A stretch of DNA of 64,000 nt from Chloroflexi bacterium CSP1-4 (GTDB lineage Bacteria > Chloroflexota > Limnocylindria > Limnocylindrales > CSP1-4). The notes beneath the pieces are model-generated. The model had not been told where the DNA came from and ran no database searches. It saw only the letters and a list, made by a program, of their open reading frames with translations. The translations under genes and the position numbers were made by a program. The first letter of the stretch is position 1. The number at the start of each line of letters is the position of its first letter. Below are positions 36,385-48,671 of this stretch, piece after piece. The stretch is from NCBI GenBank assembly GCA_001443375.1, contig LDXM01000006.1, positions 18,133-82,132 of the forward strand. The letters are read 5' to 3'.

Positions 36385-37472
36385 GGCGCTGCTGAGACCC
36401 ACTCGATCGCCCCGCGCCGGCAGCGTGTGACGCACAGGCCGCAGCGCGTGCACAGCTGCTCGTCGATGACCGCCAGCTTGTCCACGACCGTGATGGCCTC
36501 GTAGGGGCACGACACCGCGCACAGGTCGCAACCGTTGCACGGTGCCTCCGAGACGACGGGCTTCCCGGCCGACCAAGCGGCGGGCTGATCGGCCATCGCC
36601 AGACCGCGCAGCTCCGCCGCCGTCGCATAGCCGTGCTCGTCGAGCCAGGCGTCCAGCTCGTGCGCGATCTTCCCGAAGACGCCCGGCCCACGCAGCATCG
36701 CGGCCGTGCAGACCTGGACTGCGGATGCGCCGGCCATGAGCATCTCGACGGCGTCGATCCCGTGACTGACGCCCCCGACGCCCATGATCGGCACGCGGAC
36801 GGCGCGAGCGATGTCGCGGACGCAGCGGAGCGCGAGTGGCTTCAACGCCGGCCCGGAGAGCCAGCCGTAGCCATCGGAGCCGCCGAGGTACGGCAGCCGG
36901 GTTTCGGGGTCGATGGCCAGCACCGGCCCGAACGAGTTGATGGCCACGATCCCGTCGGCTCCGGCGGCCTCGGCCTGCTCGGCGGCCCGGACCATCTCGC
37001 GGCCGAGCGGACTCAGCTTGACGAAGACGGGAACGTCGACCGCCGCCTTCGCCGCCCGGATCGCGGCGACCATCGGGCCCGCGTCCTCGCCGATGTAGTG
37101 CGTCGAGAGCTCGAGCGCATCGGCGAAGGGCCGGACCCGGGGCGCGAGCCAGGCGATCTCGTCCGGGCTGTAGCCCAGGCTGACGATGAGCGGCAGGCCG
37201 GTCTGGCGCGCCAGCGCGTACTCGTGCTCGAGCCACTGCTCCGGCGGCAACTCCGACCAGAGCTCGGTGTTGACCATGCCATGCGGGATCTCCGCGATGT
37301 TCGGCGTGGGCGGCTCGGCGGCTCGGGTCGAGATCGTCTTGGACACCAGCCCACCGGCGCCGCCCTCGGCGCAGCGGACCATCGCCCGGCCGTCGCGAAC
37401 GGGCGGCCCCGCCGCGGGCAGGATCGGGTTGGAGAAGCGGATGCCCGCGACCTCGACGCTCAGGTCCGCCAT
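36381..37472 (-). CDS. dihydroorotate/dihydropyrimidine dehydrogenase family protein (PreA-like TIM barrel with C-terminal 2x[4Fe-4S] ferredoxin domain)
   Basis: DHOD/DPD-B-like barrel (IAINSFGP, MGVGGV) followed by two CxxCxxCxxxCP clusters. ATG 37472 preceded by GGGGAGGG. Confidence 0.75.
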   Translation of the reverse strand: MADLSVEVAGIRFSNPILPAAGPPVRDGRAMVRCAEGGAGGLVSKTISTRAAEPPTPNIAEIPHGMVNTELWSELPPEQWLEHEYALARQTGLPLIVSLGYSPDEIAWLAPRVRPFADALELSTHYIGEDAGPMVAAIRAAKAAVDVPVFVKLSPLGREMVRAAEQAEAAGADGIVAINSFGPVLAIDPETRLPYLGGSDGYGWLSGPALKPLALRCVRDIARAVRVPIMGVGGVSHGIDAVEMLMAGASAVQVCTAAMLRGPGVFGKIAHELDAWLDEHGYATAAELRGLAMADQPAAWSAGKPVVSEAPCNGCDLCAVSCPYEAITVVDKLAVIDEQLCTRCGLCVTRCRRGAIEWVSAAP

Positions 37473-38821
37473 GGCGCACCCTCCCCGTGGCGACCGGGCT
37501 CGAAGGGATGGACGTCGATCTCCTCGAGCCGGCCCCACAACCGCGTCGCACCGGCCCGCGTTTGCGCTGCCAGCGCCTGCGGGTCCAGGCGGACCAACCG
37601 GCCGTCGCGGACCACCGGCTCGCCGGCCACGACGACGTCGCGGACCGACGCCGCGCCGATCCCGAACAGCCAGTGCGCGGCCAGGGTCGAGGCGTCGACC
37701 GGGGTGACCGCCGGGTACCCGAGCACGACCAGGTCCGCAGGCGCACCGGGCTCGATGCGACCCAGGAGCGGCTCGCCGAAGGCCTCGCCCGCGACCCGCG
37801 CGCCCTCGGCCAGTCGCTCGAGGGGCCAGGTCATGCCCGTCAGGACGTCCTCCTCACGACGCCGGAAGTAGGCCGCCCGACCCTCCTCGAACATGTCCGC
37901 CCCGATGCCGTCCGTGCCCAGCGCGACCCGCTCGCCGAGTGCGGCGAGGGCGGCCCGACCGACCGCGTTGTTCATGTTCGAGCGGGCGTTGTGGACGACG
38001 GTCGCACCCACCGAGCGGACGATCTCGATCTCGGCCGGGTCGAGGTGGACGCCGTGGGCCAGGATCGAGCGACGGTCGATGGCGCCGGACGCGGCGAGCC
38101 GCTGCACGACGCGCAGGCCGAAACGGGCCTCGGCGTCACGCTCGTCCGCGGCGTCCTCGGCCACGTGGACATGGAGGCCGACACCGCCCTCGCGGGACAG
38201 CTCGGCACAGGCTCCGAGCGTCTCTTCCGAGAGCGTGAACGAGGCGTGCGCCCCGACCATGGCCCGCGTTAGCGAACGAGCGCCGGACGTCGTCGTGGCG
38301 ACGAACCGGGCGTTCTCGGCGATCCCCTGGCGGGCGATCGCCGGTCCATCGCGATCGCTCGTCTCATAGCACAGCAGGGACCGGACCCCGAGCTCGCCGA
38401 GGGCGTCGGCGACGATATCGAGCGAGCCGTCGACGGCCCCCGGCGACGCGTGATGGTCGATGAGCGTCGTCGTCCCGGCCAGCAGCGCCTCCATGCCGCC
38501 GGCGAGGGCGGAGGCGCGGATGGTCGTCTCGTCGAGTGCCCGGTCGAGCCGCCACCAGATCCGCCGCAGGATCTCGACGAACGTCCGTGGCGACTCCAGC
38601 CGGTACGGCATGCCCCGTGCCAGTGCCGAATAGAGGTGGGTGTGGGCGCAGACGTTGCCCGGGATGACGAGGCACCCGCCGCAGTCGATGCGCCCGACGC
38701 CCTGCGGCGCCGCTCCGCCGACCGCGACGACCCGCCCGCCCTCGACGAGGACGTCACCCACCTCCACGACCGGCGGGGCCAGTGAGCGGACGACCGTCCC
38801 GCCGCTGAGGAGCAGCGTCAT
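37460..38821 (-). CDS. ssnA: SsnA-like aminohydrolase (TRZ/ATZ chlorohydrolase / guanine-deaminase superfamily)
   Basis: Amidohydrolase_1 with an N-terminal HTH metal motif (VCAHTHLYSALARGM) and HVHVAED. Same gene order as E. coli ssnA next to xdhD. Confidence 0.7.
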   Translation of the reverse strand: MTLLLSGGTVVRSLAPPVVEVGDVLVEGGRVVAVGGAAPQGVGRIDCGGCLVIPGNVCAHTHLYSALARGMPYRLESPRTFVEILRRIWWRLDRALDETTIRASALAGGMEALLAGTTTLIDHHASPGAVDGSLDIVADALGELGVRSLLCYETSDRDGPAIARQGIAENARFVATTTSGARSLTRAMVGAHASFTLSEETLGACAELSREGGVGLHVHVAEDAADERDAEARFGLRVVQRLAASGAIDRRSILAHGVHLDPAEIEIVRSVGATVVHNARSNMNNAVGRAALAALGERVALGTDGIGADMFEEGRAAYFRRREEDVLTGMTWPLERLAEGARVAGEAFGEPLLGRIEPGAPADLVVLGYPAVTPVDASTLAAHWLFGIGAASVRDVVVAGEPVVRDGRLVRLDPQALAAQTRAGATRLWGRLEEIDVHPFEPGRHGEGAPWRT

Positions 38822-41478
38822 CGTTCGCAGCCCGCCGCGACGGGCGCCCGCCGCGCCGTCAAGCGGTCCAGCCGCGGGACGGCGGCCCGAGCTGCGGCCG
38901 AGTCGCGCATCGGGAGGCGCGTGCGCCGCACGCCGTCGAACGCGTGCAGGGCACCGGCCACCGCGGCCGCCGTCGGGACGAGGACCGCCTCCCCTGCCCC
39001 CTTCGCCCCGTACGGGCCTTCCGGTTGGGCCTCCTCGACGAGGATGCACTCGACCGCTGGCATCGCGGCGGCGGGGATGATCCCCAGCGACTTCAACGAC
39101 TCGCTGACCGGCACGCCATCCTCGACGAGGTACGCCTCGCTGAGCGCGTAGCCGAGGCCCATGTGTACGCCGCCCTCGACCTGGCCCTCGAGCACGAGCG
39201 GGTTGATCGCCCGTCCGACGTCCTGGGCCGCGACGACCCGCTCGATGCGGCCCTCGTCGTCGAGCACCACGACCTGCGTCGCCCAGCCGTACGCGAGGTG
39301 CGTCACTGGCTCTTCGGTCGCCGACTCCGGGGCGGTCGTCCAGTCGACGACGAACTCACCCGGGAACTCGCGTCCGACGAGGTCCTCCAGCGACCCGTGG
39401 CCGAGCGCCTCGCGCAGCCGCCGGGTCGCGTCGAGCACCGCCCGGCCGCCCAGGACCGTGGCGCGCGACGCGGTCGTCTGGCCGGTGTCGAGCTCATGGT
39501 CCGTATCGACGACGACGCGGACGCGATCGGCGGGCAGGCCCAGTTCCCCGCACACGATCTGGCGCAGCGCGGTGTGGATCCCCTGCCCCATCTCCGTCCA
39601 GGAGTGGAAGAGCGTGACGGTGCCGTCCGGTTCGGGCCGGAGCACGGCGCGCCCACGCTCGGTCACGCCGTTGCCGATGCCGGTGTTCTTGGCTCCGCAG
39701 GCGATCCCCGCGTAGCGGGCGGAGCGGAACGCGTCGCGGACCGCGAGGAGCGTCCGCTTGAGGCCGACCCCGGGGCCCAGCCGCTGTCCGGTCCCGAACC
39801 GGTCACCGGCCTCGAGGGCGTTCCGCCAGCGCATCTCCCAGCGGTCGAGACCGACCCGCTCGGCGAGGACGTCGACTAGCCCCTCGACGGCGAAGGTGAC
39901 CTGCGGCACGCCGAATCCGCGCATCGCCCCACCGGGCGCGTTGTTCGTGTAGACCGCCCGCGCCTCGACATCCACGTTCGGGACGCGGTAGGCGCCGCAG
40001 GCGTGGCCGGCGGCCCGTTCGAGCACCTTCGCCCCGACGCTGGCGTACGCGCCGGTGTCACCGACGATGCGGGCCCGGACCGCGGTCAGTCGTCCGTCCT
40101 CGTCGCAGCCCACCGAGTAGGTCATCGTCAGCGGGTGGCGCTTGGGGTGGAAGCGCAGGCTCTCGCGCCGGGAGAGCGCCATGAGGACCGGCCGACCGGT
40201 CGACCACGCCAGGAGCGCCGCATGGCCCTGGACCCCCAGGTCCTCCTTGCCCCCGAACGCCCCGCCGGTCGCGACCTGCGTCACCCGGACCGAGCGCTCC
40301 GGCAGGCCCAGGATCGAGGAGATCTGGCGGCGATCCTCCCAGGCGCCCTGGCCCTGCGAGAAGACGCGCAAGGCGGGCTCCCCCGCCCCGCCGGCGTCGT
40401 CGAGACCGCCGCTCCGCGGCACGGCAAGGGCGGCCTCTGGCTCGAGGAACGCGTGCTCGACGCGCTGCGTCTCGAACGTCTCGGTCGCCACGTGCGCGGC
40501 CGCGGCAAGAGCGGCGTCCACGTCACCGTGACGGATCGCGCTGACCGAGAGCAGGTTGCCCGAGTCGTGGATGCGCGGGGCGCCGTCCACGAGTGCCACG
40601 ATCGGATCGGTCAGCGGCTCCAGGACGTCGTACTCGACGTCGACGAGCGCGGCGGCCTGACGGGCGGCGTGGCGGCTGGTCGCCGCCACGGCCGCCAACG
40701 CGTCCCCGACATAGCGGGTGGTCTCACCCTCGGCGACGAGCAGCGGCCAGTCGCGTGTCAGCAGGCCCTGGACCCGCTCGCCCGGGACGTCACGCCACGT
40801 GACGACCCGCACCACGCCGGGGTGGACGGCGGCCCGCGACACGTCGATCCGGCGGACGAGTGCGCGCGGATGATCGGCGAAGCGCAGCGCCCCGTGGAGC
40901 ATCCCGGGGACGGCCATGTCCGCCACGAACGCGTGCTCACCGAGGGCCAGCGCGGCCCCGTCGTAGCGCACGCTCCGATCCCCCACCCCGTCGCCCGGGC
41001 CCGCCCGGGTGTCGAGCGCGGGCGCCTGCCGGCCGTCGGCGACCGACGCGATGGCGTCGATCACCTTGACGTACCCGGTGCAGCGGCAGAGGTTGCCGGT
41101 GAGCGCCCGGGCGATCTCGTCGCGCGTCGGGGCCGGCCGCCGACCCAGGAGGGCCTCCGCCTTCATGACGATCCCCGGCGAGCAGAACCCGCACTGCGCG
41201 GCGCCGCTCGCCTGGAATGCCGCCGCCCACTGCGCGCGCGCGTCCGGCGCAAGCCCCTCGAGGGTGACCACCGAGCGGCCGGCGACGCGGCCGGCCGGCT
41301 GGGCGCAGGAGACGATGGCCCGACCGTCGACCACGACGGTACAGGCCCCGCACGAACCCTCCGGGGCACAGCCGTCCTTCATGGAGCGCAGGCCGCACTC
41401 CTCGCGGAGCACCTCGAGGAGGCTCGCATCCGGCCGGGGCCGGATGTCGACCGTGCGCCCGTTGAGCGTGAACTCCAT
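38818..41478 (-). CDS. xdhD: fused [2Fe-2S]-binding / molybdopterin-binding molybdenum hydroxylase (XdhD-like)
   Basis: N-terminal CoxS-type 2Fe-2S domain (CGACTV...QCGFCSPG...CRCTGY) fused to a CoxL/XdhB-type MoCo domain (GGAFGGKE), 886 aa. No FAD domain. ATG 41478 overlaps the ssnA-like start. Confidence 0.85.
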   Translation of the reverse strand: MEFTLNGRTVDIRPRPDASLLEVLREECGLRSMKDGCAPEGSCGACTVVVDGRAIVSCAQPAGRVAGRSVVTLEGLAPDARAQWAAAFQASGAAQCGFCSPGIVMKAEALLGRRPAPTRDEIARALTGNLCRCTGYVKVIDAIASVADGRQAPALDTRAGPGDGVGDRSVRYDGAALALGEHAFVADMAVPGMLHGALRFADHPRALVRRIDVSRAAVHPGVVRVVTWRDVPGERVQGLLTRDWPLLVAEGETTRYVGDALAAVAATSRHAARQAAALVDVEYDVLEPLTDPIVALVDGAPRIHDSGNLLSVSAIRHGDVDAALAAAAHVATETFETQRVEHAFLEPEAALAVPRSGGLDDAGGAGEPALRVFSQGQGAWEDRRQISSILGLPERSVRVTQVATGGAFGGKEDLGVQGHAALLAWSTGRPVLMALSRRESLRFHPKRHPLTMTYSVGCDEDGRLTAVRARIVGDTGAYASVGAKVLERAAGHACGAYRVPNVDVEARAVYTNNAPGGAMRGFGVPQVTFAVEGLVDVLAERVGLDRWEMRWRNALEAGDRFGTGQRLGPGVGLKRTLLAVRDAFRSARYAGIACGAKNTGIGNGVTERGRAVLRPEPDGTVTLFHSWTEMGQGIHTALRQIVCGELGLPADRVRVVVDTDHELDTGQTTASRATVLGGRAVLDATRRLREALGHGSLEDLVGREFPGEFVVDWTTAPESATEEPVTHLAYGWATQVVVLDDEGRIERVVAAQDVGRAINPLVLEGQVEGGVHMGLGYALSEAYLVEDGVPVSESLKSLGIIPAAAMPAVECILVEEAQPEGPYGAKGAGEAVLVPTAAAVAGALHAFDGVRRTRLPMRDSAAARAAVPRLDRLTARRAPVAAGCER

Positions 41479-41651
41479 CGAGATATCCTTCGCGCCATGG
41501 GCGGGCCATGTGGCCCTTTCGGGGGCGCTCGTCCCGTCCGAATCTAAACACAGCCGACGGTCGTGACCCATGCTGTTGGTCCCGGCCTCGGTCCCTTTGG
41601 TCCCGATCGCCACCGGATGATACCGGCGCCGACCCGGGGCGGGAGCCGACG

Positions 41652-43150
<1,499 letters not shown>

Positions 43151-43154
<4 letters not shown>

Positions 43155-44599
43155 GCCGCGTCGGCGGGGCCGCGGCGACCCCCGCGGCGTCAGCGGGGAC
43201 CGCGCTTCCGTTCGGCCCGCGTCCGATCGAGCTGGTCTGCGCCGGCTGCGGCCATCGCGTCGCCCCCGGGGAGCCGGCTCCGCTGCGCTGCCCGCGCGCC
43301 GTGGTCGGCGATGACATCGACCACGTCATCGGCCGCGTCCTGGACCCGGCCCGCCTGCCCTTCCCGAGCGGCGATGAGCCGAACCCCTTCGTCCGTTACC
43401 GCACGCTCTTCCACGCCTTTCACGTCGCAACAGCGAGCGGCTGGACGGATCGCGACTACGTCGGCATGGTCGAGCGGCTCGACCGGGCCGTCGCGGCGGT
43501 GGACGGGGCAGGGTTCCGGGTGACGCCGTTCGCCCGCGGTGCCGCCCTGGGCCAACGCCTGGGCTTCAGCGCCGGCGGCGGGGTGTACGTCAAGGACGAG
43601 ACGGGCAACGTCTCGGGCTCCCACAAGGCGCGCCACCTGATGGGCACGATCCTCGAGCTGGAGGTGGCCGAGGCGCTCGCGGGCAGTGGCGCCGACCGAC
43701 GCCCGCTGGCGATCGCCAGCTGTGGCAACGCCGCGCTGGCCGCGGCGGTCATCGCGCGGGCCGCCGGCCGCGACCTCGAGGTGTTCATCCCGCCCGACGC
43801 CCATCCCACGGTCGTCGCCCGCCTGCGAACGCTGGGCGCGCACCTGACGGTGTGCCAGCGCGAGCCCGGGGTCCCCGGTGACCCGACCTACCGGCGGCTC
43901 CGCGAGGCGATCGAACGCGGCGCCGTCCCGTTCACGTGCCAGGGCAACGAGAACGGCTTCGCCATCGAGGGGGGCCTGACCCTGGGCTACGAGCTGGCCG
44001 CCTACCTCGCCGCCGCGGGCACGACCCTCGACCGGCTGTTCATCCAGGTCGGCGGGGGCGCGCTGGCCTCGGCGTGCATCCAGGGCCTCGCGGAGGCGCG
44101 ACTGCTGGGCTCGGGCAAGGCGGACCCGCGGATCCATCCCGTCCAGGCCGGGGCCGTCGCACCGCTCGCCCGAGCCTATGAGCGCCTGACGCGGCGGCTG
44201 GACGAGAAGCCGCCCAGCGAGGCTGACTTCGCCTGGGCCGCCCGTCACCGCTCGGCGTTCATGTGGCCCTGGGAGCACGAGCCCCACAGCGTCGCCGGCG
44301 GGATCCTCGACGACGAAACGTACGACTGGCTGGCCATCGTGCGCGGAACGCTGGCCAGCGGCGGCCGCCCCGTGGTCGTCGACGAGGCCACGCTGCTGGA
44401 GGCGAACGAACTCGGTCGCGCGGCGACCGGCATCGACTGCGATCCGACCGGCACCGCCGGCCTGGCCGGACTGCTGGAGCTGCGGCGCCACGGCGTCGTC
44501 GGCTCCGGCGAGACGGTCGCCGTCCTGTTCACCGGCGTCCGACGAGACGGCGCGCCGGCCACCGACCCGTCCCATGCACATGAGGGAGAACGACGATGA
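43151..44599 (+). CDS. PLP-dependent enzyme, threonine-synthase-like (N-terminal Cys4 ribbon)
   Basis: Zn-ribbon-like CAGCGHRV...LRCP, then [14 protein letters not shown] (PLP lysine). GTG 43151 overlaps the upstream stop. The N-terminal 216 aa of ORF 42503..44599 are rejected. Confidence 0.7.
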
Positions 44600-45549
44600 G
44601 GAGCTTTCTCGGCCGCGACATCCTGTCTCTGAAGGACTTCAGCCGCGACGACTTCCTCCGCGTCTTCGAGGTCGCCGACGACCTTCGCCCGCACGCCACC
44701 GACCGGCGCAACGGCGACCTGCTCAAGGACAAGACGCTGCTCACGGCCTTCTACCAACCGAGCACCCGGACACGCCTCTCGACGGAGGCCGCGATGCACC
44801 GGCTGGGTGGTCACGTCCTGGGCTTCGCGGACGCCAAGATGACCCGCGCCGGCGACTTCTACCAGGAGTCGATCAAGGACACCTTCCACATGCTGGAGTA
44901 CTACGGCGACGTCATCGCCATGCGGCACTTCGAGCAGGGCGCCCCAGCTGAAGCGGCGCGCTGGGCGTCCGTCCCGGTCATCAACTGCGGCGACGGGTGG
45001 GGCGAGCACCCCACCCAGGTCCTGACCGACCTGTACACGGTCCAGCGCGAGTTGGGGACCCTCGACGGGCTCACCTACCTGCTCGTGGGCGACATGCGCA
45101 TGCGAACGATGCACTCGCTCCTCTACGCCCTGTCGCAGTTCGACGCGGAGGCGATCGTGGTCAGCCCGCCGGACATGGCCCTCCTGCCCGAGTTCAAGGC
45201 CGAGCTCGATGAGCTGAACGTCGCCTACCGCGAGGCGCCCTCGGTCGCCGACGCGATCGCCGACGCGGACATCATCTACATGGAGCCGGTCGTCCAGGCC
45301 GACTACACGCAGTCGCGCGTCGAGCGCGGCGGCGAGACCGGCCGAACGCCGGAGGCATACCGGGTCACCCGGCAGCTGCTCCGCGACAAGGCCAAGCGCA
45401 GCTCGATCATCCTCCACTCGCTGCCCCGGATGGACGAGCTGCCGGCCGATGTCGACGGGACCCGACACCAGCGCTACTGGGCCGAGGCCTTCAACGGCGT
45501 TCCCCTCCGGATGGCGCTCCTCGCGCTCGTCCTCGGCGCGGTGGAGTGA
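44596..45549 (+). CDS. carbamoyltransferase, aspartate/ornithine carbamoyltransferase superfamily (paralogue 1)
   Basis: STRTR carbamoyl-phosphate motif, HPTQ and HSLP motifs. 317 aa. ATGA overlap with the upstream PLP gene. GAGGGAGAA RBS. Confidence 0.8.
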   Translation: MRSFLGRDILSLKDFSRDDFLRVFEVADDLRPHATDRRNGDLLKDKTLLTAFYQPSTRTRLSTEAAMHRLGGHVLGFADAKMTRAGDFYQESIKDTFHMLEYYGDVIAMRHFEQGAPAEAARWASVPVINCGDGWGEHPTQVLTDLYTVQRELGTLDGLTYLLVGDMRMRTMHSLLYALSQFDAEAIVVSPPDMALLPEFKAELDELNVAYREAPSVADAIADADIIYMEPVVQADYTQSRVERGGETGRTPEAYRVTRQLLRDKAKRSSIILHSLPRMDELPADVDGTRHQRYWAEAFNGVPLRMALLALVLGAVE

Positions 45550-45553
45550 GGAC

Positions 45554-46537
45554 ATGACGATGCAGACGAACCTTCGCGGTCGCGACCTGATCAGCCTCCG
45601 GGAGTGGACCCGCGAGGAGATCGAGACCGTGCTCGACGTGGCCATGGACCTGAAGCGCCAGCGCGCCCTCGGGTTGCCGCATCCGTACCTCCGCGACAAG
45701 GTCCTGGCGATGCTCTTCTTCTACTCGAGCACGCGCACCCGGGCCTCGTTCGAGGCGGGCATGGCCCAGCTCGGTGGGCACGCCCAGTTCATCGAGTCCC
45801 GCACGACCCAGATCGCCCACGGCGACACGGCCCGCGAGATCGGCGAGATCCTGGGTCGCTACAACGACGGGATCGCCATCCGCCACGTCGAGTGGGGCGT
45901 GGGCAACCAGTACATCCGCGAGGTGGCCCAGGCGAGCCGCGTGCCGGTCCTCAACATGCAATGCGACCTCTATCACCCGCACCAGGTCCTGGCCGACCTG
46001 CTGACCATCCGCGAGAAGCTGGGCGACCCGCGCGGCCGGACGCTCACCGTCTCGTGGGCCTACGCCGCGAGCTACCAGAAGCCCATCAGCGTGCCCCAGG
46101 ACCTCGTCCTGCTGGCCACGCGCTTCGGGATGCACGTCCGGCTGGTCCATCCGCCCGAGTTCCAGCTCATGGACGACGTCCTGGCCGAGGCGGCCGAGAA
46201 CGCCCGGCGCTCCGGCGGTGCGTTCGAGCTGATGGACGACTTCGACGCCGGGATGCGCGACTCGGACGTCGTCTACGCCAAGAGCTGGGGTCCCCTGCTC
46301 GTGGCCAAGGACGACGCGGAGGGAGCGGCGATCTCGGCGCGCTACACCGACTGGATCACCGACGAGCGCCGCATGGCGCTGGCCGGCCCGGACGCGATCT
46401 ACATGCACCCGCTGCCGGCCGACCGGAACATCGAGGTCGCCGATGCGGTCATCGACGGTCCTCATTCGGTCGTCTACGACGAGGCGGAGAACCGCCTCCA
46501 CGTCCAGAAGGCGGTCATGGCCCTCACGATGGCCTGA
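45554..46537 (+). CDS. carbamoyltransferase, ornithine/putrescine/oxamate carbamoyltransferase-like (paralogue 2)
   Basis: STRTR, HPHQ and HPLP motifs. 327 aa. Start ATG 45554 (the ORF-track start 45449 lies inside the preceding gene). Confidence 0.8.
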   Translation: MTMQTNLRGRDLISLREWTREEIETVLDVAMDLKRQRALGLPHPYLRDKVLAMLFFYSSTRTRASFEAGMAQLGGHAQFIESRTTQIAHGDTAREIGEILGRYNDGIAIRHVEWGVGNQYIREVAQASRVPVLNMQCDLYHPHQVLADLLTIREKLGDPRGRTLTVSWAYAASYQKPISVPQDLVLLATRFGMHVRLVHPPEFQLMDDVLAEAAENARRSGGAFELMDDFDAGMRDSDVVYAKSWGPLLVAKDDAEGAAISARYTDWITDERRMALAGPDAIYMHPLPADRNIEVADAVIDGPHSVVYDEAENRLHVQKAVMALTMA

Positions 46538-46572
46538 CGGCACGGGCGCCGCGCCCGCAAGGAGAGCGAACG

Positions 46573-47520
46573 ATGGGCGACAGGACCCTCGTGGTCGCGA
46601 TCGGCGGCAACTCGCTGATCAAGGACCCACGCCACCAGACGGTGCCGGACCAGATCGCCGCCCTGGCCGAGACGAGCGTGCACATCGCCAACGCCATCCG
46701 CGATGGCTGGCAGGTGGCCATCGGCCATGGCAACGGCCCCCAGGTCGGGTTCATCCTGCGCCGTTCCGAACTCGCCGCCCACGAACTCCACGAGGTCCCG
46801 CTCGACGTGTGCGACGCGGACACCCAGGGCGCCATCGGCTACGAGCTCCAGCAGAGCCTGGGCAACGACTTCCGGCGCATGGGCCTCGACCGCCAGGCGG
46901 TCACCGTGGTCACGCAGGTCGAGGTGGCGCGCGACGATCCGGCCTTCGGGCGCCCGACCAAGCCGATCGGCACGTTCATGGACGAGGCGCGCGCCATGCA
47001 GCGGCGCGACGGGGACGGCTGGGACGTCGTCGAGGACGCCGGCCGGGGCTGGCGGCGCGTCGTCGCCTCGCCACGCCCGCTGCGCATCGTCGAGGAACGT
47101 GCGGTCAAGGCCCTCCTGGCGGACGGGTTCGTGGTCATCACCGTGGGTGGCGGCGGGATCCCCGTCGTGGCCGACGAGACCGGCAGCCTGCACGGTGTCG
47201 CCGCGGTCATCGACAAGGACTACGCGTCCTCGCTGCTGGGCACGGTCGTGGGGGCAGAGGTCTTCGCCATCACCACCGCGGTCGAGCGGGTGGCGCTCGA
47301 CTGGGGCAAGCCGAGCCAGACCTGGGTGGATCGCCTGACCGTCGCCGAGGCGCGCGCCTACCTCGCCGAGGGCGGCCACTTCATGCCCGGCAGCATGGCA
47401 CCGAAGATCGAGGCCTGCCTCGAGTTCCTGGAGCGCGGCGGCTCGGAGGCGATCATCACCGCGCCGGCGAACCTGGAACTTGCCCTGGCCGGCCGGGCGG
47501 GGACGCGCATCGTCCCCTGA
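46573..47520 (+). CDS. arcC: carbamate kinase
   Basis: VVAIGGNSL, GHGNGPQVG and the amino-acid kinase fold. 315 aa. AAGGAGAG RBS. Confidence 0.85.
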   Translation: MGDRTLVVAIGGNSLIKDPRHQTVPDQIAALAETSVHIANAIRDGWQVAIGHGNGPQVGFILRRSELAAHELHEVPLDVCDADTQGAIGYELQQSLGNDFRRMGLDRQAVTVVTQVEVARDDPAFGRPTKPIGTFMDEARAMQRRDGDGWDVVEDAGRGWRRVVASPRPLRIVEERAVKALLADGFVVITVGGGGIPVVADETGSLHGVAAVIDKDYASSLLGTVVGAEVFAITTAVERVALDWGKPSQTWVDRLTVAEARAYLAEGGHFMPGSMAPKIEACLEFLERGGSEAIITAPANLELALAGRAGTRIVP

Positions 47521-47568
47521 GCCGGCCCCACGCGGTCGGTCCGGCGGTCGAACCGCTCGGTGGGAGTT

Positions 47569-47590
47569 CCCCCGCTACAGTGGGGGTTTC
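47569..47590 (+). terminator. candidate intrinsic terminator after carbamate kinase
   Basis: CCCCC-GCTACAGT-GGGGG stem-loop followed by TTTC, 50 nt after the arcC stop. Confidence 0.4.
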
Positions 47591-47682
47591 GGGAGCGCCC
47601 GAGGTGCGGCATGATAGCCCGCGTGGCACGCGCGGCGCCGCGGAGCGCCGACCGCTACGCAGGGACATCAGAGGAGGGTTCG

Positions 47683-47976
47683 ATGGCCACCTACGTTTCG
47701 CTGCTCAACTGGACCGATCAGGGGATCAAGGGGTACCGGGAAACGACGGCCAGGGCCGAGGCTGGGAAGGCGTTGGCTGCCAAGTTCGGAGGCCGCATCG
47801 TATCGATCTGGTGGACCATCGGGCCGTGCGACCTCGTTGCCGTGTCAGAGTTCCCGGACGACGAGTCGGCGACCGCGTTCGCGCTCGCTCTCGGCGCCGC
47901 CGGCAACATCCGGACGACCACGATGCGCGCCTTCGGGGCGGACGAGATGTCGGCGATCATCGCCCGGACTGGCTAG
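47683..47976 (+). CDS. GYD domain protein
   Basis: 97-aa ORF MATYVSLLNWTDQG...GNIRTTTMRAF matches the GYD family. AGAGGAGGG RBS. Confidence 0.65.
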   Translation: MATYVSLLNWTDQGIKGYRETTARAEAGKALAAKFGGRIVSIWWTIGPCDLVAVSEFPDDESATAFALALGAAGNIRTTTMRAFGADEMSAIIARTG

Positions 47977-47988
47977 CGCCCGGCGCCC

Positions 47989-48474
47989 GTGGAGGATCAA
48001 GAGTCGGCCGGCGCCCTGTCAACGCTCACCGCTCTCGTGGGCACCTGGCGCGGCAAGGGCACGGCCAGGCTTCCGTCGATGGGGGCGGTGGACTTCGACG
48101 AAGTGGTCCGCTTCTCGCGACGGAGCCCGAACTCGCTCGACTCCTGGCAGCGGGCCGTAGCCGCGGGCGACGGAACGATGCTCCACAGCGAGTCGGGGAT
48201 CTGGCGCGTGACCTCCACCGGTTCGCTGGAGGTCACGGTCGCCCTGCCCGGTGCGACCGAGGTGTCCGAAGGGAGCGTTGACGGGGCGACGATCCGGCTC
48301 GAGTCGACGGCGATCGGCCTGGCCGCCACCGGTGCCAAGCTCCGGCAGGCGACTCGGCGCTACGAGCTCCGCGGCGACTCGCTCGGCTACGACATCTCGA
48401 TCGCGACAGCGGAGCTCGCGCTTACCGCCCATATCAGCGCTGAGCTGCATCGGTCGGAGAGCCCCAGCCGCTGA
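47989..48474 (+). CDS. hypothetical protein, possibly nitrobindin-like beta-barrel (DUF1794)
   Basis: LVGTWRGKGT N-terminal motif typical of nitrobindin/THAP4-C-terminal-like barrels. GTG start. Weak assignment. Confidence 0.4.
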   Translation: MEDQESAGALSTLTALVGTWRGKGTARLPSMGAVDFDEVVRFSRRSPNSLDSWQRAVAAGDGTMLHSESGIWRVTSTGSLEVTVALPGATEVSEGSVDGATIRLESTAIGLAATGAKLRQATRRYELRGDSLGYDISIATAELALTAHISAELHRSESPSR

Positions 48475-48537
48475 TCGATGGCGCCCCCGGAAGCCATCAG
48501 GCGGTCGGGGTCAGCCCGAACACGATCCTGCGGAGGC

Positions 48538-48576
48538 CCAGCACGCGGACGACGCATTCGCGTGGGACGCGACGGC
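48538..48576. repeat. 39-bp imperfect direct repeat, copy R1
   Basis: CCAGCACGCGGACGACGCATTCGCGTGGGACGCGACGGC. 33/39 identical to the copy at 49944-49982. Contains CACGCG-N11-CGCGTG inverted repeat. Confidence 0.6.
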
Positions 48577-48636
48577 GGCTTCCTCCGCGAGGGCCGAGAT
48601 CCTGACCGCGGCGCAGCCGGCCGTCACATCTATTCG

Positions 48637-48664
48637 TTGACAATGCATCAGAGTCTGATATAGT
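48637..48664 (+). promoter_or_regulatory. near-consensus sigma-70-type promoter (TTGACA-N16-TATAGT) driving a leaderless padR transcript
   Basis: TTGACA 48637-48642 and TATAGT 48659-48664 in an unusually AT-rich patch. padR ATG at 48672, 7 nt after the -10 and with no RBS, implies a leaderless mRNA. Confidence 0.6.
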
Positions 48665-48671
48665 CCGCGCC

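Noticed and set aside
46443-48281. 612-aa plus-strand ORF spanning carbamate kinase, GYD and the next gene
   Set aside because: It is in a frame different from the kinase (which is in the 45604..47520 frame) and is an Arg/Gly-rich translation. It is an artefact.
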